From Paraspadella gotoi (lineage: Eukaryota > Animalia > Chaetognatha): 64,000 bases of DNA. The position numbers and the translations under genes were made by a program. Where the stretch lies: NCBI GenBank assembly GCA_051294375.1, contig CM119265.1, positions 4,037,025 to 4,101,024 of the forward strand. Direction: 5' to 3'. Under the pieces are notes generated by a model. The model was not told where the DNA came from. It did no database searches and saw only the letters and a program-made list of their open reading frames with translations. This document shows, in pieces, positions 1 through 14,150 of the stretch (position 1 is its first letter; each line of letters starts with the position of its first letter).

Positions 1-2390
<2,390 letters not shown>

Positions 2391-2539
2391 GTGTAATAAC
2401 GCGGGGGTTCAGTCAACCTTCGCACCTGAAAACATAATCTTAACCCAAACATACAAGAATTAAGTGAAAAATAAATTTACTTTGTTAACAAACTTGTTTT
2501 GTAACCTTGATTATTGGTTACACACTTAATCACTTTTTA

Positions 2540-3190
2540 TTAATCCAATTTCCTTTGGGCGATTCTCTCTCAACATTTCTCGCATAATCCTCGCATGGGT
2601 TGTTCGGCGGAATCTAACATCTTGCCCATTTTTTTCTCGGCATATTTCCTCGCATTGTTCGGTACAATTCTAAAATCATTCTTGGCATTTTTTCTCGCAT
2701 CCCCGGCACGTTCGCATTCTCAACATTCTTTGGCTTTTTGTGTCTCGGCATACCCCGCACGTTCGGCAATTTCTCACCATTTTTGGCATTGTTCGGTTTG
2801 CTTCGGCATTCTCACACTGGTTGACATTCGGATTTTCTTTGTGCACTGTTCGGTTTGGAGCTCGGCATACCCCTGATCACGTTCGGCATTCCTTCACATT
2901 CTTGGAGCATTCTCGGCATTCTCTAACCTTTATGACATTCTTGTGCATTTTCATTTTACTCGGGCATTACCACCGAGTACCGTTCGGGGGCATGTCTCAG
3001 ACATTCTTGTGCAATGTTCTCGGGGCATTTCTAACACTTTCGAGGCATCTTGGCATTTTCGCTCTGGGCAATACCGCAAACGTTTTTGCATTTCTCAACA
3101 TTCTTTGGCATACTCGGCATTCTCACACTTATTCGACTATTCTTGGCAATTTCTAAGTCATTTTTCGACTTTTTTCTGGAATTCTCGGTG
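2540..3190. repeat. Degenerate minisatellite built on a ttctcggcatt / ttggcatt core
   Basis: The cggcat/ggcatt motif recurs roughly every 20-30 bp through the stretch. Overlapping ORFs are low-complexity with no recognisable domain. Confidence 0.65.
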
Positions 3191-3308
3191 CGAAACGTCA
3201 GCTCAAAATCGTGAGGAAAAGCTCGCCTCATTTTGCGTTCGACGTTAGAAATGGATCGATGAAGAAATAATTGTCGTTGCAATTAAGTTCGCGACATTAA
3301 TGCCATCA

Positions 3309-3333
3309 NNNNNNNNNNNNNNNNNNNNNNNNN
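3309..3333. other. Assembly gap (25 N)
   Basis: Run of exactly 25 N. Confidence 0.99.
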
Positions 3334-6317
3334 AATTCTTTCGAACTAAAAACAATGTTTTTAACATTTTATTTGTTTTCGTCTGTTTTTTTTTCCTCAA
3401 ACTTTCTTCTCTTTCTTTCTGTTTGTCTTACGTCTTTGTTAACTTCTCTTTACTTTTTTTTTCTTTTTTCGTTTATCTTTTTCCAGAAACTAAATCCAAA
3501 CAAATATATCAACGTTTTCGTCGCCAAGATTTTCAAACATTTCCTTCGTTCGTGAAAAAAAAAAACTTTCCCAGTTGATTTCTTTCATTCTTTCTTTCCG
3601 TCTTTCTTTCTTTCTTTCTTTCTTTCTTTTCTTTCTTTCTTTCTTCTTTCTCTTTCTTTCTTTCTTTCTTTCTTTCTTCTTTTTTCTTTCTTATATAACT
3701 TAATTTAAACTAATTCATACTGATTTAAAATTCATATTTAAATGTAATTGGTAACAACCAAATATAAAAATATCCATTCATTTAATAAACAAACTATCTT
3801 TCCCCTGAATTTGGTTTAAGTCTCCATCACTCTTACAGAGATAATGACAAAGCAGGTCCCTGCAAGTTTTCAATCAAGACTCTCTCACAGGTCTCGTTTA
3901 TTCACTATATTTTTAAAACAGTAAACACATCCAGCAGAAAACAACTTATATATAACATCAAGATTCCACAGGAAATTGTGTGTCCAGACTTGAAAGAAAG
4001 GAGAGCCAAGAAAATTAAAAGGTAAGGCCAAACAGGAAAAAACAATTTTCGTGGCACCCATTCGTCAGCCCCTAGATAAGAGCTCAGTGAACACCCACCG
4101 AGCGGCGACGAGTTTCAAAACCCGGGCGGTTCGACTCTCGTCCCCGGGAACAAAACTGGGTGTCCCCTCTGGGATGGAGGGACTGGAGGGGGCGTAGCTC
4201 TCCTCCCGCCCGGGGCATTTCCCGGGGATCAACGACGCGAAAGAATTCGGAAGAAAAAAATGTGAAAAGAATCGTGAATGAATCATCGCGGATAAAATTC
4301 GAGGAAGGAAAGATGGAAGATAGAAAAAAAGATCTGTGGTAAAATGAGGAAAAAGAATAGAAATATAAGGAGAGTATTAGGGGAAATAGTGAAAGGAAAT
4401 GATAAAGAAAAATTGGATGAATAAAATGAAGGACAGGAGAGGGAGTAGAAACTAAGACAGTAATAAATAGTTGTTTTCTGTATAAGTTACTAATTCTTTT
4501 CACCAACTATTTAATTTAACAAAAACTTAAACTATATCATCTACATTTAAATCCAGGTTTAAAAGAAAAAATAACTCTAGTGAAAAAATATATATAAATA
4601 TATAAAAATATTAAAACAAGAAAATAACCCAAGAACCGCTCAAAAAAATCCCAAATCTAATCTGATATCAAATTAGTCATCCGATGATAAAGATTAAAAG
4701 ATAAGAAATCCTTCCTCGCGCGATTCCCTTTTTTTTCTTCGGCCAATTTTTTTTTCACTTTCCTTTTTTCCCTTTTTTTCTTTTTTTATCCTTTTATTTC
4801 TTTTTTATTTCCGCTTTCTTTTCAGTTTTACTTCGTGGAAATCCGATACTGGTCCAGGCTTTTTTTTGCATAAAAAGTGGGAAAAACAAAACACACGACA
4901 CGACGACGACGACGACGACGACACGACGACGACGACAATATCACATCAATACAGAATAAAAAAAATCCATTAAATGGAAACACGAAAAAGCGAAGATCCG
5001 CTGTAAAAACTTTAAAAAGACTTTTCTTGTCTCTTATATGACTCGAAATCACTTATATTAACCGAATACTATAAATAAATACGGATTTGACCAAACGTCT
5101 CTAAGTAGTATTTTTTCCTTCCATTGCAGAAAAAATAATTGTATTTATTTTCGATCACCCGGAAAAAAGTAATGATAAATACTCGACCGAGTAAATTATA
5201 ACTCAAGACTGATGAGGCGTAACAAAACCGAATTCTGTAATGTTTCTCCACTATAACCAGCGAATTACCACTGATTAATCACAGATTAACCAATAAACAA
5301 AACCAATAAACCACCCATTACAAAATAAACCGCAGGAATTAGAGAGGAAACCGGAAATTTTCCGATCCACACAGTGAAGAAAAAAAAAACATACTTTGAG
5401 TTCATCGTCTTCGTAGTCTCGTCCGTCGTCATCGTCGTCGTGTCGTCGCGTCGTCACTCGATCAAACGGAGGCGTGAAGAATTTTGGACGGAGAGACTTG
5501 GTTGTTGTCGCTATTTTTGTATATCTTTATAATTTTCCGTTTCCAAATTTATCCGATTTTCGAGCCGTCGAATCTATTTAACATTCTTTTAACCATCTTC
5601 TTCGCCTGTCTAACGCAGCATCTCTCTTCTCTACGCATTTAACATTCTTTGTAACTATCTCGGCCTTGTCTTACCGCCATCTCTCTTTCACGGCTCGAAA
5701 ATCCGGATAAATTTGGAAACGGAAAATTATAAAGATACTTGGACAACAACAAGTCTCTCCGTCTCAAAATTCTTTCACGCCTCGTTTGATCGAAGTGCGA
5801 CGACCGAGCACGAGACGATGACGACGACATACGAGACGATGAACTCAAAGATGTTTTTTTTTTCTTTACTGTGTGGATCGAGAAAATTTCCGGTTTCCCT
5901 CTAATCCTGCGGTTTTTATTTTGTAATGGGTGGTTATTGGTTATTGGTTATTGGTTACTGGTTAATCTGTGATTAATCAGTGGTAATTCGCTGGTTATAG
6001 TGAGAGAAACCTTACAGAATTCGGTTTTGTTACGCCTCATCAGTCTTGAGTTATAATTTACTCGGTCGAGTTATTTATCATTACTTTTTTCCGGGTGATC
6101 GAAAATAAATACAATTATTTTTCTGCCAATGGAAGGAAAAATACTACTTAGAGACGTTTTGGTCAAATCCGTATTTATTTATAGTACTCGGTTAATATAA
6201 GTGATTATCGAGTCATATAAGAGACAAGGAAAAGTCTTTTTCAAAGTTTTTACAGCGGATCTTCGCTTTTTCGTGTTTCCATTTAATGGATTTTTATTCT
6301 GTATTGATGTGATATTT

Positions 6318-6355
<38 letters not shown>

Positions 6356-7600
6356 GTTGTTTTTCCCACTTTTTATGCAAAAAAAAAGCCTGGACCAGTA
6401 TCGATTTCCACGAAGTAAACTGAAAAGAAAAGCGGAAATAAAAAAGAAATAAAAAGGATAAAAAAAGAAAAAAAGGGAAAAAAAGGAAAAGTGAAAAAAA
6501 AATTGGCCGAAGAAAAAAAAAAGGGAATCGCGCGAGGGAAGGAATTTCTTATCTTTTAATCTTTATCATCGGATGACTAATTTGATATCAGATTAGATTT
6601 GGGTTTTTTTGAGCGGTTCTTGGGTTATTTCTTGTTTTATATGTTTTTATATATTTATATATATTTTTTCACTAGAGTTATTTTTTCTTTAAACCTGATT
6701 TAAATGTAGATGATATAGTTTAAAGTTTTGTTAAATTAAATAGTTGGTGAAAAGAATTAGTAACTTATACAGAAAACAAACTATTTATTACTGTCTTAGT
6801 TTCTACTCCCTCCCCCGTCTTTTTCTTCTGTCCTCCATTTTATTATCCCAATTTTTCTTTATCATTTCCTTTCACTATTCACCCCAATACTCTCCTATAT
6901 ATTTCTATTCTTTTTCCTCATTTTAACCTCAGATCCTTTTTTCTATCCTCTTTTTCTATCTTCCTCTTTCCTTCCTCGAATTATTATCCCGATGATTCAT
7001 TCACGATTCTTTCACATTTTTTTTTCTTCCGAATTCCTTTCGCGTCGTTGATCCCCCGAGGAAATGCCCCAGGGCGGGAGGAGAGCTACGCCCCCCCAGT
7101 CCCCTTCCATCCCAGTGGGGACACCAGTTTTGTTCCCCGGGGACGAGAGGTCGAACCGCCCGGGTTTTGAAACTCGTCGCCGCTCGGTGGGTGTTCCACT
7201 GAGCTCTTACTCTAGGGGCTGACGAATGGGAGCCACGAAAATTGTTTTTCCTGTTTGGCCTTACCTTTTAATTTCTCTTTGGCCTCTCCTTTCTTTCAAG
7301 TCTGGACAACACAATATTCCTGTGGAATCTGGATGTTATATATAATACGTTTGGTTTTCTGCTGGGTGTGTTTACTGTTTTAAAAATATAGTGAATAAAC
7401 GAGACTGTGAGAGAGTCTTGATTGAAAACTTGCAGGGACCTGCTTTGTCATTATCTTGTAAGAGTGATGGAGACCTTAAACCAAATTCAGGGGCAAGATA
7501 GCTTGTTTATTAAATGAATGGATAATTTTTATATTGGTTGTACCAATTACATTTAAATATGAATTTTAAATCAGTATGAATTAGTTTAAATTAAGTTTAT

Positions 7601-7692
<92 letters not shown>

Positions 7693-7970
7693 CGGAAAGA
7701 AAGAATGAAAGAAATCAACTGGGAAAGTCTTTTTTTTTCACGAACGAAGGAAATGTTTGAAAATCTCTGGCGACGAAAAACGATGATCATTTGTTTGGAT
7801 TTAGTTTCTGGAAAAGATAAACGAAAAAAAAAAGAAAAAAAAAGAAAGAGAAGTTAAAACAAAAGACGGTAAAGAACCAACAGAAAGAAAAGAGAAGAAA
7901 AGTTTGAGGAAAAAAAAACAGAACGAAAACAAATAAAATGTAAAAAACTTGTTTTTAGTTCGAAATAAAT
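3334..7970. repeat. Fold-back inverted repeat 2 (arms 3334-5568 and 5690-7970)
   Basis: 3334 aattctttcgaactaaaaac pairs with about 7951-7970 gtttttagttcgaaataaat. 5531-5568 (ttttccgtttccaaatttatccgattttcgagccgt) pairs with 5690-5730. The (TTTC)n at 3600-3690 mirrors the (AAAG)n at 7601-7690. Confidence 0.95.
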
Positions 7971-8499
7971 TAGTCTTCTTCGAAAAAGAATATTCCGAGA
8001 GAGAGAGAGAAGAGAGACGAGAGAGAAGAGAGATAAAAAAGGAGGAGAGAGAGGAGGAGAGAAGAGAGAGGAGAGAGAGAGAGAGAAGATATCATATCGG
8101 TGGATGAATATTTTGAGCGTGAGACGAACGTTTTGTGAAAATTGTCAGATGAGGAGAAAGAAAAATCTTGATTCAAAGAGTAAAACTTCAACTTAACTTA
8201 AAGAATATTATGTCATTAAATATAAAATAAACATCAAAATAGAGTTTTGAAGAACCGAATACGACGAAGACGACGAAGACGTCCATCAACGCAAACTCAC
8301 GTTTTTGACCAACTTTTTAATCAGAAAAAAAAAAATTTCCACATATAACGTATAATCCGAATAGTTTAAACTTTAAAAGAAAGTATTTAAAGTCAATGAA
8401 CCATACGATATCATTCGGTTCCGGCTATGAAAAACGGTTATTTAAAAACAGTTCGACGATAAAAAGGTTGTAAAAAAAAACTAAAAACGAATCGAATCG

Positions 8500-8852
8500 A
8501 AAAATAGCTTTTGATTATCCTTTTTTATTAATAAATACTAAATAGCTTTTGATAATCTATTTTTATTGATAATATAGCTTTTGATTGTCATTTTTTATTG
8601 ATAAAATAGCTTTTGATAATCCTTTTTTAATGATAAAATAGCTTTTGATAATCCTTTTTTATTGATAAAATAGCTTTTGATAATGCTTTTTTATTTATAA
8701 AATAGCTTTTGATAATCCTTTTTTATTGATTAAATAGTTTTTGATAATCCTTTTTTATTGAAAAATAGCTTTTGATAATCCTTTTTTATTGATAAAATAG
8801 TTTTTGATAATCTTTTTTTTTTGATAAAATAGCTTTTGATAATCCTTTTTTT
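8500..8852. repeat. Tandem minisatellite, about 29-30 bp unit x about 12
   Basis: Unit gataaaatagcttttgataatcctttttt(att) repeated head to tail. Confidence 0.95.
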
Positions 8853-9769
8853 ACATTGATTTTTTTTCTCGTCGTTGCGCTGCGCTTAAAACACGAAAGG
8901 AAAAAAAGAAGAATTCGTGGTAAAAAATTGTGGAGGTGGGGAATGAGGAGGAAGAGGAGGAAGAGGAGGAAGAGGAGAAGGAGGAGGAGGAAGAAGAGGA
9001 CGAGGAGATGAAAAAGAGTAGAAGAACTGAAAAGTAAAAAAAAGCAAGACGCTTTGAGCTTTCCGGCTTTTTTCTTTCGCGTGTCGCCGAAAGACGAAGA
9101 AAACTGCTTTTTTTTTCTTCTTTGACAAATTCCGAGGGAAAAATATCAGAATTGGGACAAAACGAGTTCGGTTAAGACAAAGAAAACTTAATCAGTTATT
9201 AATTCTTGTTCTCTTTAGACGAATTAAGAGTTGTATTCAGATCGCAGTTGGATCAAATAGTATTCAGATCTAGTCCTTTTTGGCAGTAAATCAAGAGGTA
9301 TTCTCCTAAGTTTAATCTACCGGGCGAGTTTAATTTGATATTTTTTTAGCGACAATTACCTAATTAGCATTTTTCAGCAAAAAAAAAATTGTTCTGGTTT
9401 TTAAATCAACGCACCAAGATCAACGGTTTTTTTAATTTTTTTTAATTTTTTTTATTTCCTTTTCGTCATTTTCGTGTTTTTCTTATTTGTCTTTCTTTAT
9501 TCTACGCACTTCACTCTGTGATTTCACTTTTTCGTTTTCAATTTTTTTAACTTCACTTTGGATTCACTCGAATCACGATCCGCCTCTCTCTCTCGTTACG
9601 ATATCCTCTCACGCGATTCTTAACTTAAATCGTAAAAATCATTTCGCTAAATTTCTCACTTATCTTGCGACGGCAACGACGACGACGACCCACATTATTT
9701 TCACCAAATCCACCAAAGTCACATAATTTCTCTGAGCGATAAAATAGAGTCGAAGTTTTATCTACGATT

Positions 9770-9812
<43 letters not shown>

Positions 9813-9833
9813 GAGAGAGCAAGCGAGAGAGAG

Positions 9834-10070
9834 AGTGTATTTAAAAATTCAGAAAATGAAAAACTTTTGTTCTTACTTCGTTAAACTGTCAAAATCTTTC
9901 TCGTTGGCTATTTTTATACAGTTAATTGAGACAAACGTTATAATTTATTAATTATAATTTAATTTATAATTTATAATATAATTTATAATTTATAATGATG
10001 ACTTTCGTCCATAAAATTCGTTAAATAAAATATCGATGGTTGGATGTTTTTGCGAGAATAAATATTGAGA
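9834..10070 (+). repeat. Dispersed AT-rich repeat (about 235 bp), second copy at 58241-58470; likely a transposon fragment
   Basis: agtgtatttaaaaattcagaaaatgaaaaa...gagaataaatattgaga is nearly identical at both sites, with unrelated flanks. Confidence 0.9.
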
Positions 10071-10977
10071 CTCTCGGAGATTGAACGAGAGAGAGAGCGA
10101 GACGAAGCAGTGAAAAAATGAGAGAGAGAAATTCGCAGAAATTATAACTTTATTGCTGGTTCTCTCTTTCTCTCTCTCTCTCGATCGAGTGGCAGCATCC
10201 CACGCCGGATTAAGAATAATGTCTTTGACGTCGCGAATACCCAATACACATACTATCCGCGAAAATGGGAAATCCAGAGTTGGACGACGGCGGAAAAGTT
10301 ACTCAAGAAGTGGAGAGAGAGAGAGAGAGAGAGAACATTCGAACCTTCCATTCACCCACGACTCGAGATGCATCCAACCGCAAAAATAAAAAAAAGATGA
10401 AATATGAGAGAAAACGATTTGATGCTTTAAACGCGTCGGATTGCCCGGGGTCTCGTGGAAAGATCGAGATAACTCGACCAGCTAATCGAGCGAAACAAGA
10501 CCGCGAACGCGTCTGATTGGACTATTCTCGGCAAACAGGACGTGCGACGACGTTTCATTGGTCTATCGATAGCGTAAGTCGAACAAGTTCTCGTTTGTGA
10601 TTCGTCGACGAAGGCGGTGGGGGTTATAGCCGCGTTCTGATTGGTGGAAAGAGTACGCCCTCGAGAACCTTCACACATTTCTGTCTTTACGTATTTAAAT
10701 TTCTCGTTTTAACTCGTCTTTCTTTTTAAAAAAATATATTTTATTCTTATAGAAACACAATTGATCAAGATTGGCAAAAAAAACTAACAAACAAAAAACG
10801 AAAGTTCAAAGCAAGTCAACAACATTATAATCTCTATTTAGCATTTAGCATTTAGGCAACTTTTGTCGTAATTTTTTACCATAATTTTGGCCATAAAAAC
10901 ATACATAGACAACAACAAAAATAATAAAAGCAAGCTAAAATAAATTGCAAATTTAACTGTTTCACCACCTTCAAATT

Positions 10978-11652
10978 TCAATCAATATAAAACTTCCATC
11001 TTTCCTTGATCTTTCTCTTACAAACGTGACAAGACTTTTTCTTCTTGCAACAGACGTGACAACCGCAATGTCCGCAATCGAAGACGGTGTCCTTGAGGTT
11101 CTTGCGGCACACCGCGCACAGTTTACTCTCCTCCAGCTCCTTGACCCTTTTCTCCAACGCCTCCACTCGTTCCTCGCTCTCTCGCTCAATCGCCCTCAAG
11201 GATTCCACTAACGTCACCCTCTCTTCAATGCTGCGACTCTGCTGTTGCAGCAACTCGGTCTTGCTGTCGGAGAGTCGTCGATGAACCGCTTTCAAGACCT
11301 CGTTGTCCCTCGCGAGCCAATCTAATCGCTCGCGGATTTCTCCATCTCTCGGGGGCGTTGATCGTATTTCCCCATCGGCTAAAGGCGTGGACGGTAATTC
11401 CCTATCGGCCGAATTCGTCGCCCGTTTCCGCGACTGCAAATCGGCGAAGACCGCGGAGTGGCGCTTTAAGTCTTCGACGGCGCGACGGGCGCCCGCCACG
11501 GCGTCGAGGAATTCTCCAGAGCGAACGGAGATGGCGGCGGCATTGGCGAAGGACTCGTTGGCAGCTGACTGACCCGTGTGGGCGTGGCTGATGGCGCCCG
11601 AGCTGGCGGCGGACTGTATCGGGTGGGCATGACTGATGGCGGCGGACAGGCC
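10978..11652 (-). CDS. 3' part of a coiled-coil + C-terminal C3HC4 RING finger protein (putative E3 ubiquitin ligase); 5' end cut by the N gap
   Basis: Translation ends ...ERVEALEKRVKELEESKLCAVCRKNLKDTVFDCGHCGCHVCCKKKKSCHVCKRKIKERWKFYID*: a C-x2-C...C-G-H-x2-C-x2-C...C-x2-C RING preceded by a heptad-rich helix. Paralogous to the RING at 18438-18713. Confidence 0.85.
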   Translation of the reverse strand, partial: GLSAAISHAHPIQSAASSGAISHAHTGQSAANESFANAAAISVRSGEFLDAVAGARRAVEDLKRHSAVFADLQSRKRATNSADRELPSTPLADGEIRSTPPRDGEIRERLDWLARDNEVLKAVHRRLSDSKTELLQQQSRSIEERVTLVESLRAIERESEERVEALEKRVKELEESKLCAVCRKNLKDTVFDCGHCGCHVCCKKKKSCHVCKRKIKERWKFYID

Positions 11653-11677
11653 NNNNNNNNNNNNNNNNNNNNNNNNN
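11653..11677. other. Assembly gap (25 N)
   Basis: Run of exactly 25 N. Confidence 0.99.
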
Positions 11678-12243
11678 GCGGGATACGGTGGAAGCGACCG
11701 GTTCTTGATTCCATTTGAATCGCTGGAAACAGGGACGTTAGGCACATGAACTGGGCGATGACCGGATCATAGAAAAGTTGGATTCGATGGGCGAAGCCGA
11801 GTGAAGAAAGGACATGGAACAAAATTCCTGCGAAAGTCGACGCCCTCTTAAATGAAGTGTTCTAAACTCCAGGACCAGTTTCAGCCCATGAAAGAATATT
11901 TTCCTTTTATCGTCAAAGATGGAAAGAGAACGAGGGCGAAAAGAAGCTCGAGCCCGTCCCGTATCCAATGACAGGGAACAAGAAGGTCGATGCTAAGGAT
12001 GACATCGACGATGACTTTGATTTCGAGTTCAGTGGGGATGAATTCGACGAATATGAAAGAGGAGGGAAGATGAGGACGAGAAGGTTTATCGTGTCAAAAA
12101 TACACTCAACGTTGGCAGCCTCGCTGACAAAGTGCCGAAATCAAAATGGAAGAAGAAACGATTGACAACATCGACGACGACAATGTTGACAACAACATTC
12201 AATCATCAGCATAATACGGTGGAGGAAATGATGAGCATCTGAG
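11678..12243 (+). pseudogene. Frameshifted partial mirror copy of the 22731-24114 gene (likely artefactual duplicate)
   Basis: Shares MTGNKKVDAKDDIDDDFDFEFSGDEFDEYE with the 22731-23471 ORF but is broken by single-base indels. Confidence 0.75.
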
Positions 12244-14046
12244 TCTTGCTGCTATTTTTTAATTTTTTTTTTAATTCACAAGTATTTGATGAAGATTGAA
12301 GCATGTTGGTTGCCCAAAATCTATAAATGAGTTTAATGACATTCGATAACATTTGATAACAATTGAGAGTCACAGTTTTTTTATATATTATTTCTTATAG
12401 TCTTTTAAACTGTTAAAAAAAATTGTTTATTAGTAACAAACAATGTTATTTTTATGTACGATAGGGGACTGTTTCGACTATTATTTATGCGAGACTTTCA
12501 ATCAGCGCAAAGTACTTGAAAAATAACCGAAAAGAAAGTCTAAGCACACTGTTTACAAATCAAACAAAACTTTTCCTTAAACTACAAAATGTACTTAAGT
12601 ACAAAAAAGTACAAAAAAGGTACATAAAAAAAAAAAACCCGAATAAATAATAATATTCCAAACTCGTCAATCTTCATGTATTAATAATAATCACCATTCA
12701 TCATCATCATCGTAATCTCATCCAAGTTACCTTTTCCCCATGTCCCCATGTCTCATGTCTCCATGTCTCATGTCCCACATTCCATGACTCATTCTTATTC
12801 TCCTTTTTTTTTCAAGTTTTTCTCTCGTCTATCAAAATCAAAATATGTTTTCCTTAATTATCCCCTTCAACATTTTATTTTTTATTAAATACATGAAAAC
12901 ACAGTCCCTTCGATAGATATTGTTCAATAAAAGACGATACTTCGTATTCCCGAAATTTCTGGTTTATTTTCAAATTTAATTTATAATGGAAACTAAGAAT
13001 CGCTATAGACTAGTCAGAACAAAAAACCTGCAAAAATATATTTAATAGTAACATCAGTAGTAGTGATTTTGAACAATAAGACTTCTACTAATACTCGTCA
13101 ATTTATTACAATTTCTATTCACTTATTCGCCTTTCTTTATTGGCATAAAAAATAAGGCGGCCGAGATTAGAGATGGGCCAATCAAAAAGAATCAAGCAAC
13201 AAAGGCGGCCTGTGATTGGTTCACCTCTAACAGGACGTCCTCTACTTTATTTAAAATTTTTTAAAGTTGGTTTCTCTCGCGTGACGTCTAGCGTAAGAGC
13301 GTATTACTATTTTATCTGTTACCTTAAACTAAAATAAACGATTCGCATATAAATCGATTCGCTTTTTGTTTGAGCCGATTGCGAAACTTAAAAGTTGTCG
13401 TCGTCGTCGTCGTCGTCGTCGTCAAAGCCAGTAACTACCTGTTTTCCTTTCCTGACTATCGAATAAATGAAGAAGAGAAAATTCAAAAGGAAACTGGATT
13501 TCAAAAAATTCCCGTTGTTTGTCGGTTTCGAAAAATTGACTGAAGAAACTGAGTGAAATCAATTGAGCGGTCAGACTGATTGGGAAACTGTCCGTTGACA
13601 ACAACGACGACGACGAAAACGACGACGAAAAAACCTTTTCTTCAGAATGATGTCAACAGACTATAAAAAAGAGAACTGGTGATTTGTGAAAAAAAAATAG
13701 TTCCTTTGGCCAAAAAAAGTGAACAAAGATCGTTCTAAAACGACGACGACAATGACGACGAAGACGACGACGAAGACGACGACGAAGACGACGACGAAGA
13801 CGACAACCGCGAACTTTGAAATGAGCTACACATTTAAGTTGGGTTTCCCAAATCTCATGATCTCAAAGCAAAAACGAAAAACAAAAATAAGATTTTCGTC
13901 GCGACAAAATAATCGGAAGTAATTCTCAAGAAACGTTTTATGCAACTCGTACGTAAACTTTACGTATCAAAAGTACAACGTAAACAAAAAGTAAAAAAAA
14001 AATATTCTAAAATCGACTGCCCAACTTGCGTCAGCTTTATTCGTCG

Positions 14047-14150
<104 letters not shown>

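Noticed and set aside
5205-5250. ctgatgaggcg...ccgaattctgta as a third hammerhead
   Set aside because: GAAA is replaced by GAAT, stem II is at most 2 bp, and there is no convincing stem I or III.
8500-8852. Regular ~30 bp repeats resembling a CRISPR array
   Set aside because: Units are head-to-tail with no unique spacers, there are no cas genes, and the context is eukaryotic.
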